Source of the DNA: a virus
Lineage: Duplodnaviria > Caudoviricetes
Reading direction: 5' to 3' (one strand)
Virus record (IMG/VR): IMGVR_UViG_3300036805_000091
Coordinates: 1 to 45,989 of that record
DNA length: 45,989 bases
The position numbers were made by a program, and so were the translations under genes. Shown one piece after another: positions 26,970 through 36,010 of the stretch. Position 1 is the stretch's first letter, and every line of letters begins with the position of its first letter. Below the pieces are notes generated by a model. The model was not told the origin of the DNA and made no database searches. It saw only the letters and a program-made list of their open reading frames with translations.

Positions 26970-29900
26970 TTACCTCCTGGAGTTGTGGTAATTGCGGTTG
27001 TTTACCAGCGTAGCAACCCCGGAACCGTCGACGTTCAATTGCGATCCGGCAATGGCCTGCGCTACCGACTGGGCGAATGCCTGCGCCAGCTGGTTCACGG
27101 TAGTGGCGGACAAGCTAACTGGACCTTCGTTGCCGCCACCAAACGCTGAGGCTGCCTGGCTGGCAATGGCGGAAGACTGGGCGGACGTCGTGACGAATGA
27201 CTGGTACGACGGCCAGATCAGCTCCGGCCCGTTCTCTCCCACCACGGTAGGGGTCGTGCCGCCATCGGCGTAGCCCGGACGGCCGACGACCGAGCCACCT
27301 AGGGCGTGACCGACAATCGAGCCGCCCTGGGCGTGACCGAAGATCGACCCCAGGATCGACGTCGCCGTCTGGACCACCTGTGCCTGCACCCGGACCGTAG
27401 CCGTCGTGTTGTTAACCCGGTTGACGAAGCCGCCTACCGACGCACTAGCCGACCCGGTGTCGGCACCGATTTTGGTGGCGGCAAAAGAATTATTGATCGT
27501 GTTCATCAGGCTTTGCAACGAGCTCGTTGCAAGCCCGGAGTTAGCCCGGATCGATGAGGTACCGAAGGCACTATTGACGGCGCCCATGGCGGCCTGCAAC
27601 ACATCCATCGCCTTCTTGTCTTCGGCGTAGATGTGCGTCGTGCCGATCGATCCATTGGTGGTGCTGATCATCTGCTGTAGCGACGCCATGGCGGAGGCGT
27701 TGTTCGCGGTAATTTCGATCTCGCCGTTGGGCAGCTTGGTGACGGTCAGGCCGAGCTCGGTCAGCTGCTGTTGCGCCTGTGTGGACAGTGCGGTGACGAT
27801 GACCTGCTTATTGTTCGGCACCGCGTCGATCTTGCCCTTGAGCAGATCGAACGCCGCGCTGATCTCGGCCGCCTGCGTGTTGCTGGCTTGCAGCATCGTC
27901 GTTGGGGGCGCGACGCCCAGCTGGCTAAGGTAGTCGTCGACCGCTGCTTTGTTGCCCTTGAACGCGGGCAGCAGGCTCTTTTCCAGCGTGTTGTACATGT
28001 CGGTCAGATGCCCGGTCATCTCCGACGTGGGGATTCCGGCGGCCTCGGCCTGCGATACGTAGGTGGCCATGGCGGTACCGGCCGTCTCCACCGCCTTGGC
28101 CGTGGCATTGCCGCGCTTGCCCAGCGCATCGAACTTGCCGTTGCTGTCCTCCAGCGGTCCGGTCGCGCTCGACAGTGCTGTGGTCACCCCGTCGACGGCC
28201 GACCCGATGGCCAGCAGCGCCGCAGCTGCGTCGCCGGTCGGGTTGACGATGCCCTCGATGATGGCGGTCAGTGCCTGGATCCGGGACGAGTCGGTGGCCG
28301 TAGTCGCGCCCAGCGCGGTCAGGTTGGTGATCAAGTTGGCCGTCGCCCCGGAGAACGCGATGACGCCGCTGGTCCCGGTAGCGGAGTTGGTGGCCATCAG
28401 CCCGGTAGCGGCGGCTGTGTTCTGCGTGGCCTGTGCGGCTGTCTTCTGCGCCTGTGCGTAGTTGGCCGACGCGGTGATGGCCTGCTGGCTGTTGGACCCG
28501 AACTGCACGACGGCTTGGTTGTAGAGCGCCTGCGCCTTCTGTACCGACGACAGCCCGTTGGTGACGTCAGACATCGTGGGGATGGTGCCCTTGGCCAGCA
28601 GGTTGGTCACTCCGGCGATCGGGAACAGCCAGCTACCCCAGTTGACGATATTGCCCATTACCGAGTTGTTGGCCTTGTCCAGCGAGGCCGAGGCGTTGTC
28701 AATGCCCTGCTGTGCCTTGACCGCATCCTGGCCACCCGCCAGGAATCCTTGCTGTAGCTGGCTGATCGAGCCGTAGGTCTTGTCGGCTTGGTCCTGGATC
28801 AGGTTGAGGCTGCCCTCGATCACGGTCGCCCCAACCGCGACGTATGGTCCGGCAGCGGCCATCGACGTACCGATACTCGAGATGCTCTTGGACACCTTAC
28901 TGGCCTGCGCATCCGAGCCGCCCAGCGCGCTGGTCAGGCCCCCGACCGGACCGGACAATGCCGAGACGCCCTTGCCGAGACTGGGCAATACCAGGTTGGC
29001 CAGCTTCAGGGAGGTAGCATAATCGGCCCACAGCCCGATCCCGGTACCGATCACCCCATCCAGCGGCTTCAGTACGCCCAGGACCAGGTTCGCCGCGCCC
29101 ACCAGGCCGGATAGCTCGCTGTTGATGGCAGGCATGGCGCCGGATGCCAGCTGCGTAATGGTCGATCCGAGGCTGGTGAAGAGCTGGACGATCGGGCCAG
29201 CGTTCTGCGCCCACAGCTGCGTCAGGTCATTGGCCAGAGTAGCGACGTCCGGCAGGATCGTCTGGACGATCGCGCCCCAGGAGCGCATCGACGTGGCTTG
29301 TGCGGTGGCGCCCTGCGACAGCACGGTGAAGAAACCGGACAGCCCGGACCCGGTGCTGGACAGAAACGATCCGAACGCGGCCATTACCTGCTCGGATTGC
29401 CGCAACTCGTTGTTGATACCCGGCATCGTGTTGTTGATCAGGCCCTCGATGCCGTAGGTCAGCTGCATGACGTCCGGCTGCGCCAGCCGGAACGCCGTCG
29501 CGAAGGTGGGGCCGAGGTTGACCAGGTTGGAGTCCAGGCTCTGGATTGACTGGGTGAGCGGGCCGCTCAGCGACGCGGCGGCGTTGTGGGCCACCGACAG
29601 TGCGTCGTTCTCCAGCTGGACGAACGAGCTGTGTACACTTTGGACTGAGTGATCAGCCCAGGCAGCGATGCCGATGAAGATGGCCCCGAGTCCCGCCGTG
29701 ATGACCCCGGTGGCTAGCGGAATGGCCGCGACGATCGCGCTCACCAGCAGACTGCCGCCCATGCCGCCGGACTGACCCATGTCCTTGGCGATCTTGTCGG
29801 CCGTGTCCTTGGAGGCAGTCTCCAGCTCGGTCAGGCCCTCTTTGGCCTGCGAGGTATCGGTCTTGGCGTCCAGCGTCGCCGTGTAGTGCGACGCCGCCCA

Positions 29901-30176
29901 CTCGTCCGCGCGGGCCTCAGCGAACCGCAGCGACTCAATGAACGGGTCGTTGTCACCGGCTAGCGATGCCTGGTAGTGCTCGTCGCCGAACTCCGCGCCC
30001 CGGTCCTGGGCGAATCGCAGCGATTCGGTGAACGGGTCGTTATCGGCAGAGAGGGTGGCGCGGAAGTCGCGACTGGAGAAGCTATCGGCTTCCTCCTTGG
30101 CCCGGTCCAGCCCGTCCTGGAACGGCGTCCGGTCAAGGGTGAGAGTGGCCTCGATATCGCCTGCGTTGAAAGCCAT
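26970..30176 (-). CDS. Tape measure protein
   Basis: 1068 aa, Ala/Gly/Ser-rich; AGDIEATLTLD N-terminus; YADGG..VVGENGPEL C-terminus; follows the chaperones. Confidence 0.92.
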   Translation of the reverse strand: MAFNAGDIEATLTLDRTPFQDGLDRAKEEADSFSSRDFRATLSADNDPFTESLRFAQDRGAEFGDEHYQASLAGDNDPFIESLRFAEARADEWAASHYTATLDAKTDTSQAKEGLTELETASKDTADKIAKDMGQSGGMGGSLLVSAIVAAIPLATGVITAGLGAIFIGIAAWADHSVQSVHSSFVQLENDALSVAHNAAASLSGPLTQSIQSLDSNLVNLGPTFATAFRLAQPDVMQLTYGIEGLINNTMPGINNELRQSEQVMAAFGSFLSSTGSGLSGFFTVLSQGATAQATSMRSWGAIVQTILPDVATLANDLTQLWAQNAGPIVQLFTSLGSTITQLASGAMPAINSELSGLVGAANLVLGVLKPLDGVIGTGIGLWADYATSLKLANLVLPSLGKGVSALSGPVGGLTSALGGSDAQASKVSKSISSIGTSMAAAGPYVAVGATVIEGSLNLIQDQADKTYGSISQLQQGFLAGGQDAVKAQQGIDNASASLDKANNSVMGNIVNWGSWLFPIAGVTNLLAKGTIPTMSDVTNGLSSVQKAQALYNQAVVQFGSNSQQAITASANYAQAQKTAAQATQNTAAATGLMATNSATGTSGVIAFSGATANLITNLTALGATTATDSSRIQALTAIIEGIVNPTGDAAAALLAIGSAVDGVTTALSSATGPLEDSNGKFDALGKRGNATAKAVETAGTAMATYVSQAEAAGIPTSEMTGHLTDMYNTLEKSLLPAFKGNKAAVDDYLSQLGVAPPTTMLQASNTQAAEISAAFDLLKGKIDAVPNNKQVIVTALSTQAQQQLTELGLTVTKLPNGEIEITANNASAMASLQQMISTTNGSIGTTHIYAEDKKAMDVLQAAMGAVNSAFGTSSIRANSGLATSSLQSLMNTINNSFAATKIGADTGSASASVGGFVNRVNNTTATVRVQAQVVQTATSILGSIFGHAQGGSIVGHALGGSVVGRPGYADGGTTPTVVGENGPELIWPSYQSFVTTSAQSSAIASQAASAFGGGNEGPVSLSATTVNQLAQAFAQSVAQAIAGSQLNVDGSGVATLVNNRNYHNSRR

Positions 30177-30179
30177 CCC

Positions 30180-30440
30180 TCACCCTTTCTGCGGAGTCAC
30201 ACCCTGGCTTCCCCAGTCGAACTCGTCGGCCGTGTACGTCTCATCCGGACGGCCCCCCTGAGCGGCGGAGCTGGCCGCCTCGACTTCCTCTACCATCCCC
30301 TCGTAGTAGACCCGCTGCTGCCACCAGGGCAGTCCCTCCCACTCGATGATCGAGATGTTCAGCCTGCGACGCGCCCAATACCAGACGCTCCGTTGAGCAT
30401 CGGAACCGAGGAGCTCGTAGCGGGCATCCAGGCTTTTGGG
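30180..30440 (-). CDS. Tail assembly chaperone, -1 frame extension (gpGT-like)
   Basis: Open -1 frame PKSLDARYE... begins at the slippery heptamer. Confidence 0.8.
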   Translation of the reverse strand, partial: PKSLDARYELLGSDAQRSVWYWARRRLNISIIEWEGLPWWQQRVYYEGMVEEVEAASSAAQGGRPDETYTADEFDWGSQGVTPQKG

Positions 30441-30832
30441 TCGGTGAACTGGCCGACGACCCACCCGAAGTAGGCCATCCGCACCCGGAACGGCAGCTTG
30501 TCAATCTGACTGGCGGTCGGGCTGTCGCTGCACACCGCCGCGATCACGACGGACAGCTCGTGCGACAGCGCAATCGCGTCGTCGTCGCCGCCATCCACGT
30601 TCCGGATGACGTCCAGCGCGGCCTGCAGGTTGTACTTCTTGGCCCGGGTGCTGGTGGTCCGGGTACTGGTCGCAGCCTTGAGCCGGTCCGGCGTCTGCGT
30701 CACTTCTTGCAGCTGCCGGGTGAATCGGTTGATCTGCACTTCGGACGGTTCGGGAGTCACTCCCGAACCGGCCCCGTACTTGCTGAAATCCCAATCGAGA
30801 TCGGGAGTGGCCTCAGCAGCATCAAACCCCAT
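30359..30832 (-). CDS. Tail assembly chaperone (gpG-like)
   Basis: Between major tail and tape measure genes; contains C CCA AAA. Confidence 0.82.
   Translation of the reverse strand: MGFDAAEATPDLDWDFSKYGAGSGVTPEPSEVQINRFTRQLQEVTQTPDRLKAATSTRTTSTRAKKYNLQAALDVIRNVDGGDDDAIALSHELSVVIAAVCSDSPTASQIDKLPFRVRMAYFGWVVGQFTDPKAWMPATSSSVPMLNGASGIGRVAG
30434..30440 (-). other. Programmed -1 ribosomal frameshift site CCCAAAA
   Basis: X XXY YYZ in correct phase (GAC CCA AAA GCC). Confidence 0.8.
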
Positions 30833-30859
30833 GTCGGCATTCCTTTCTAGGGGACTCGA

Positions 30860-31441
30860 TCAGCTCTGGCGTTCGACAACCTGCATGTTCTCCAGCTTGT
30901 CCAGGTAGGTGAACTGCGTGATCCACATCCTCTTGTCCTTGGCGCGGCGGTAGGCAACCTTGGCCGTCCCGACCGACGTGCAGGGCTGGAGAAGGTACCG
31001 GCGGAAGTAACCAAACTGATTGGCAGCCTCGAACGCCACCGAATACTGCTGGAGATCGGACGCCACCTGAAGAGTAACGAAGCCGCCGGACGGGGTGAGC
31101 GTGCCGCCACCCATGGCCCACAGCGCCTGCTGAAGCGTGTCCTCGGCCAAGGTGACCTCAATGTGGACATCGGTGCTGTCCGACAGCTCCTGGACCGGGG
31201 TCTGCTGCTCCTCAACCATGATGTCAGAGACCTTGCGCTGGAAGCTGAAGGTCACACCCGAGTCGGTCGCACCGATCGGGATCCAGCTCAGCGCGGTCCA
31301 CGATGCCGGGGTATTGAACGCCACCGAATTGGCGGGTAGCGCAGCAGGCGCGCTCGAACTGTAGGTCTGAAGGTACATCTGCGCCTGACCAACGTTGACG
31401 TTGGTCCGCGTGTAAGTCGGGGTGAAGGACATCGGGTTCAC
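30860..31441 (-). CDS. Major tail tube protein
   Basis: IGATDSGVTFSF...VTLAEDTLQ; position before the chaperone. Confidence 0.82.
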   Translation of the reverse strand: MNPMSFTPTYTRTNVNVGQAQMYLQTYSSSAPAALPANSVAFNTPASWTALSWIPIGATDSGVTFSFQRKVSDIMVEEQQTPVQELSDSTDVHIEVTLAEDTLQQALWAMGGGTLTPSGGFVTLQVASDLQQYSVAFEAANQFGYFRRYLLQPCTSVGTAKVAYRRAKDKRMWITQFTYLDKLENMQVVERQS

Positions 31442-31713
31442 AGCTCCTTAAGTGCCAGGCCAGGATTGGTCCTGGCTGTGATTTCGGCAGCCGCGAATGC
31501 GAGATCGGCTTGTTCTCGCGTCAGCTCCGTCCCTTCCGACGTGATCGTCGGGAAGTCTTTTCCGTTGTTGCCATCAGCCAGCCGGTACATGGCGTCCGTG
31601 GTGGCCACACGAAGTGTGCCCGGCACGTTGGCAGGCAGCACTACCGGTCCGGGCGTCCCGTCCAGAGCGTCGTCCTTACCAGCCTGCATCGGCACCGGTT
31701 CGGTGTCTGCCAT
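31438..31713 (-). CDS. Hypothetical virion-module protein
   Basis: 91 aa between terminator and tail tube genes. Confidence 0.6.
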   Translation of the reverse strand: MADTEPVPMQAGKDDALDGTPGPVVLPANVPGTLRVATTDAMYRLADGNNGKDFPTITSEGTELTREQADLAFAAAEITARTNPGLALKEL

Positions 31714-31717
31714 CGGG

Positions 31718-32149
31718 TCAGCTCCCTACCTGAATCACGTCGCGGACAATGTAAGTACAGACTACGGACACTCGTTTGTTTCGGGGGTCATCTACCAGCG
31801 GTGCGAACATTCCGCCGGTGCGTTCGACCGAGATAATCTGCGTACCCCAGAGGGCGCCCGCCGCGGTGAACATCAACGCCCGGTCGATCGCGTCGGCCAA
31901 CGTGAGCAGCTGAGCGGTCTGCTCGTAGATGCCCCGGATACGCAGCTGGAAGCCAGGCAGCTGCACGATGCCCTCTGCCTCCTCGCCCGCACCAGCGGTC
32001 GGTGTATAAATGCCGAGCGTCTCCGGGAATTCGAGATCAGGCAGATCAGGGCCGAGGTACCAGCCACCCCAGTCGGGCATCCCCTCTTGGGCGAGCACGT
32101 CAACGAGCTGGCCTTCCAGCCACTCCAGCATGAGCGTCGGATTGATCAC
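31718..32149 (-). CDS. Tail terminator / neck protein
   Basis: GTG 32149 overlaps the upstream stop; PGFQLRIRG; synteny. Confidence 0.65.
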   Translation of the reverse strand: MINPTLMLEWLEGQLVDVLAQEGMPDWGGWYLGPDLPDLEFPETLGIYTPTAGAGEEAEGIVQLPGFQLRIRGIYEQTAQLLTLADAIDRALMFTAAGALWGTQIISVERTGGMFAPLVDDPRNKRVSVVCTYIVRDVIQVGS

Positions 32150-32631
32150 AGTCCACCTCGCTTCTTGCGCCACCATGCCTTGAAGATGGCCCGCTCGCGC
32201 GGGGTTGTAATCAGGTCGGACAACAGCTTGAGCTCCTCTTCGGACAGCCGGGGGACCTCGGCCGGGTGGTCGTAAATGACGGCGCCGTCGTCCGTCACCG
32301 TGCCGTGCTGGCTGTTCTGGAGGTTGCCCCACAACCGAGGGGTCGCCTCTTTCACGTCGTCCATCAGGCTCTTGAGGCCGTCGATGGCCGCTTCCGGCAG
32401 CGCCGACTCCTCGTTGAGCAGCTCGTCGGCCATGCGCTGAAACATGTCGTCAGCCTTGGCGTAGAGCGGGGCCTCCAGGTACTTGGCCTGCCCTCCGCGG
32501 GGATGGTGCAGGTCAAGCGACTCGTGCTGGAAATGGGCATACACCTGGTCGATGTGGATCTTCATCTCCAGCTTGCCGTACCCGGCACGCTGCTTGAGAA
32601 TGTCGATGCGGTCACCGAAGGTGCTGGCCAT
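32146..32631 (-). CDS. Neck protein (HK97 gp10-like)
   Basis: YAHFQHESLDLHHPRGGQAKYLEAP; TPRLWGNLQNS. Confidence 0.7.
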   Translation of the reverse strand: MASTFGDRIDILKQRAGYGKLEMKIHIDQVYAHFQHESLDLHHPRGGQAKYLEAPLYAKADDMFQRMADELLNEESALPEAAIDGLKSLMDDVKEATPRLWGNLQNSQHGTVTDDGAVIYDHPAEVPRLSEEELKLLSDLITTPRERAIFKAWWRKKRGGL

Positions 32632-32634
32632 GGC

Positions 32635-33009
32635 TCACCGGCCCACCAGCGCCACGTCGACCGTAAGCCCGCTCGACGCCACTGAATTGACCGCTTGCAG
32701 CTGCACCGTAGCAGGCAGAATCAGGCCAGTCGTCACGACGGGGTACCACACGGTAGCCGGTGCGATCATCGCGGTAGTGCCCGAGTTGAGCACCGCGTAG
32801 TGCCCGTTAGGATCCTTGCCGTACAGGTACCACTGTAGCGACGGCGAGCCAACCTGCACCGACGACGACACGCACAGCATCAGCTGAGACGCCTGGCTGG
32901 CATCAATGTCCGGGCTTGTGAAGGCAGGCGCCCCGACACCGACCACCAGCGCCTTGCTGGCGTACAGCGTCACCGCTGCTGGCTTCGGGTTGACCGTCTG
33001 GGCGCTCAT
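32635..33009 (-). CDS. Small beta-rich virion protein (paralog B)
   Basis: 124 aa, ends LVGR. Confidence 0.6.
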   Translation of the reverse strand: MSAQTVNPKPAAVTLYASKALVVGVGAPAFTSPDIDASQASQLMLCVSSSVQVGSPSLQWYLYGKDPNGHYAVLNSGTTAMIAPATVWYPVVTTGLILPATVQLQAVNSVASSGLTVDVALVGR

Positions 33010-33010
33010 C

Positions 33011-33379
33011 TCAGCGGCCGTAAACCCGGACTACCGCCGTGCACGCGGTGACCGCACTGACGGTCCAGCTGACCCGGACGTTCGGGGGCAGCATCTTCGG
33101 GTTGCTGGCAGCTGACTTGCCGAACGGCAGGTAGTAGGTGCCGGTCGTGGTGATGGCGGTCAGCGGGGTCACCTGCGCAGCGATCAGGTTGCCCGCGCTG
33201 TCCAGGTAGTCGATCCCGAAGGTGATCGACGTGCCGGTGAACACGCTCACCGTGACGACGAGCAGGCCTTCCGACACCGTGACCGTGTTGAGGTTGACGC
33301 TGTTCCCGGCGGCCGTGAACGGCCCCGGCGTGGTGGATGGGGTGAGGTCCCTGGTTTGCGTAGCGGTATAAAGAGCCAT
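33011..33379 (-). CDS. Small beta-rich virion protein (paralog A)
   Basis: 122 aa, ends VYGR. Confidence 0.6.
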   Translation of the reverse strand: MALYTATQTRDLTPSTTPGPFTAAGNSVNLNTVTVSEGLLVVTVSVFTGTSITFGIDYLDSAGNLIAAQVTPLTAITTTGTYYLPFGKSAASNPKMLPPNVRVSWTVSAVTACTAVVRVYGR

Positions 33380-33400
33380 GACGCCTGCTTTCGAGTTGCG

Positions 33401-33958
33401 TTACCAGCCCGGCGGGTCCTGTCCCCACAGTCCGGGTACTCCATAACTGCCGCCACCGGTGCCCGTCACGCCGAACGGGTCGAGGCGTGGCGCTTGACGG
33501 CCGTCAAAGTCGAACGGTGAGAACAGCACGCCACCGGCCACGATCGGTGTCAGGACAGTGCCGCCTTCGGGGTTCTCCTGGTCTACGGTGTCGCCCGGTG
33601 GCGGCCAGTCGACGAGCTTGCTCTTGCCGACCCGGAGGTCCTCAATGGCCTGTACGGCCCGCTGATACCGGAGATAGATCGGATCCAGCGCGCTGTTGAG
33701 ATCCTTGAACTGGCGGTAGTTCAGATAGGCCAGATAGGCCGCGATGTCCCTGGCCAGGTGAGTGATCTGGACCGGGAACGGCACCTGGAACGGGGTCGGG
33801 TAGGTGTAGCCGATCGACGCGTCGATCTGGTCGGACGCCTCGCTGATCGCATCGGTGAGCTGTTCATCCGAGAGAGACGCCGCGGTAGCGATCTGCGAGC
33901 CGGCGTTGCGCGCAAGAATGGTGCGCACATCGTCCAGCATGCAGTATGGCGTAGTCAC
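33401..33958 (-). CDS. Head-tail adaptor (Mu gp36/DUF1320-like)
   Basis: YCMLDDV...AISEASDQIDASIG..YPTPF...DIAAYL...RYQRAVQAIEDLRVGK. Confidence 0.8.
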   Translation of the reverse strand: MTTPYCMLDDVRTILARNAGSQIATAASLSDEQLTDAISEASDQIDASIGYTYPTPFQVPFPVQITHLARDIAAYLAYLNYRQFKDLNSALDPIYLRYQRAVQAIEDLRVGKSKLVDWPPPGDTVDQENPEGGTVLTPIVAGGVLFSPFDFDGRQAPRLDPFGVTGTGGGSYGVPGLWGQDPPGW

Positions 33959-33970
33959 GACGTCCCTCCC

Positions 33971-34270
33971 TTACTGCTCGTCGGCGTGCTCGACAGCGAA
34001 CGGGTTGCCCAGCACATCCGGGGTGTCTGGCAACTCGGCGGCCTGCCTGGCCACTACCGGATCCGTGAGCTGCCCCAGGCAGCCCATCGCGATGAGGCGC
34101 TCAATCTGCTCCGGGTCGTAGCCCAGGGCACCATCGAAGTCAACCTCGTCGCCCCGCCGGTACCAGCGCACGTAGCCCTGGCCGATCGGCATCTTGGGGT
34201 CCTGGTACCGGATGCAAGTCCGGTCATCCAGCAGCCGGAACCGCAGGGCCGACTTCGTTGCAGTAGCCAT
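33971..34270 (-). CDS. Hypothetical capsid-adjacent protein
   Basis: RBS GAGGAG; YRRGDEVD...IERLIAMG. Confidence 0.65.
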   Translation of the reverse strand: MATATKSALRFRLLDDRTCIRYQDPKMPIGQGYVRWYRRGDEVDFDGALGYDPEQIERLIAMGCLGQLTDPVVARQAAELPDTPDVLGNPFAVEHADEQ

Positions 34271-34287
34271 CTCGTGACTCCTCTCTG

Positions 34288-35199
34288 TCACACGCCGTTG
34301 ATGACGCAGGCCGACAGCGGCTGGTCGATCGCGATGCCGGTCCGGCGCACCACGTCGGCCCTCCAGACCTCACGGGGCTGGTCGGCGTACAGCGGGGTAA
34401 CGCCCAGCGGGCGCTCATCGCTGAAGCCACCCACGGTCTTGGACTCCATCAGCCATACCTGGTTCTGCGGCATGAACCGGCTGATCAGCACGGTCATGCT
34501 CTGCACGGTGCGCTCAAGCTGACCGGTGTACTGGGGGTTCTTTTCGGCAATGTCGCCGCCCAGGTACAGCTGGCCGAAGTCGCCGTTGCCGATCATGTCG
34601 TACTGGGTCTTGGTGCTGATGACCATGATGTCCGGAATGAAGCCCAGGAAGTTCTGAGTATTGTTATTACCCTGCGACAGCTTGGCTTCGGTCACGTTCT
34701 GGATCGCGCCCATGATGTCCTGGCGGATCGTGGTGCTGGTCTGCCACGGCGAGGCCGCCGTGACTGAACCGGTAGTGGCTCCGCTGAGGGCCGAGAACAG
34801 CCGGTTTTCCCAGGTCCGAACCATGGTATTGCGAACCTGGTTCATCCGAACGTTCACCAGGTCGATCCGGTTACGGTCCCGCATCTCCCGCGTGATCTCG
34901 ATACCACGGGCCAGCTTGATCGTGTGAGTCGCCTTCGGGATGCCGTCCGAGCCAACGCCCAGCGGAATCTCGCCGCCCTCGCCGACCACTGCAGCGTCAT
35001 CGTCCAGGAACAACGGGGTCGATTCGTGGTACCCGATGATGCCGGACTGAGCGGACGGCAGCTGCCGGAGGATGGCCTCCATGATGAACTGCTGGTCGGC
35101 CATCTGCAAAAAGCGCTGCTGAATGAGCAGTGGGTCAACGATCAAATCGTTGACGGTTACCCTCGGACCTTGACCCGAGTAAATGGACTGAAGCGGCAT
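34288..35199 (-). CDS. Major capsid protein
   Basis: 303 aa; VGEGGEIP, K.ARGIEITREM, PDIMVIS; synteny. Confidence 0.85.
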   Translation of the reverse strand: MPLQSIYSGQGPRVTVNDLIVDPLLIQQRFLQMADQQFIMEAILRQLPSAQSGIIGYHESTPLFLDDDAAVVGEGGEIPLGVGSDGIPKATHTIKLARGIEITREMRDRNRIDLVNVRMNQVRNTMVRTWENRLFSALSGATTGSVTAASPWQTSTTIRQDIMGAIQNVTEAKLSQGNNNTQNFLGFIPDIMVISTKTQYDMIGNGDFGQLYLGGDIAEKNPQYTGQLERTVQSMTVLISRFMPQNQVWLMESKTVGGFSDERPLGVTPLYADQPREVWRADVVRRTGIAIDQPLSACVINGV

Positions 35200-35232
35200 G
35201 CCGCTACCTACCCTTCTTTCCGCTTACTCGGA

Positions 35233-35712
35233 TTAGGCGACGTTTCCAGTGAACCGGACCAGGACCTGACCGCCAGAGACCGGGGCGTTGGGATCCACAC
35301 AGATACCCACCATAGTGGTGGTCGTAGTAAAACTGGCCTGACCACCCACAACAGCACTCGTGTACACCGGCTTACCGAACCCGTAGGTGCCTTGACCGTC
35401 CCAGGTCAGCTTGAATGTGCCCTGCCACCCGACAACGGCCTCATTGTCCGGGACCGAGTAGTCCAGCTGACTACCTCCATAGCCCGGAATCGAGCTGGTC
35501 ACGTATGACGGACCAACCGCAGGCTGAAGGTTGACGCCTAGCACAGCAACCGTGGTGCCCGTGACAGGGGCTGGGATCACAGTCCCGGCAGACGCCGCAT
35601 CTGCAACCACCAGAATCCCGCCGTCGATGTAGTTCAGACTGTTGGTAGTAGCGTTCGCCGACACGGGGAACGAGTCCGGGCCGAACCTACTAACCGCAAT
35701 AGTTCCCGCCAT
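35233..35712 (-). CDS. Capsid decoration/cement protein
   Basis: 159 aa, Gly/Thr/Val-rich, directly before the capsid gene. Confidence 0.65.
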   Translation of the reverse strand: MAGTIAVSRFGPDSFPVSANATTNSLNYIDGGILVVADAASAGTVIPAPVTGTTVAVLGVNLQPAVGPSYVTSSIPGYGGSQLDYSVPDNEAVVGWQGTFKLTWDGQGTYGFGKPVYTSAVVGGQASFTTTTTMVGICVDPNAPVSGGQVLVRFTGNVA

Positions 35713-35715
35713 TGC

Positions 35716-36009
35716 TCAATCCTCCGTAACCGTAATGGTGTAGGTCTTGGAAGTATCAAGACCAAGATAGTTAAACCAGTCATTGACCCGTTCGGGGGTC
35801 AACGCCGTACCTACACTGTCGCTGACCGTCAGGGTGACGACCAAGTAAGCGTCGCCCCTAGTAACTTGATCCCCAAAAGCAGAGCTAGGGCCGGACAGGC
35901 TCACTGAGCTGCTCACCGGGTTCCCACTACTATTACTGCTGCTATACGTAGTAGCAGCATCAGCAACACTGGCACCCGTAGCTTGGTACTTAACGTCGCC
36001 ACTTGCCAT
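35716..36009 (-). CDS. Hypothetical virion protein (MASGDVKYQ...)
   Basis: ATG immediately after the protease stop. Confidence 0.55.
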   Translation of the reverse strand: MASGDVKYQATGASVADAATTYSSSNSSGNPVSSSVSLSGPSSAFGDQVTRGDAYLVVTLTVSDSVGTALTPERVNDWFNYLGLDTSKTYTITVTED

Positions 36010-36010
36010 G

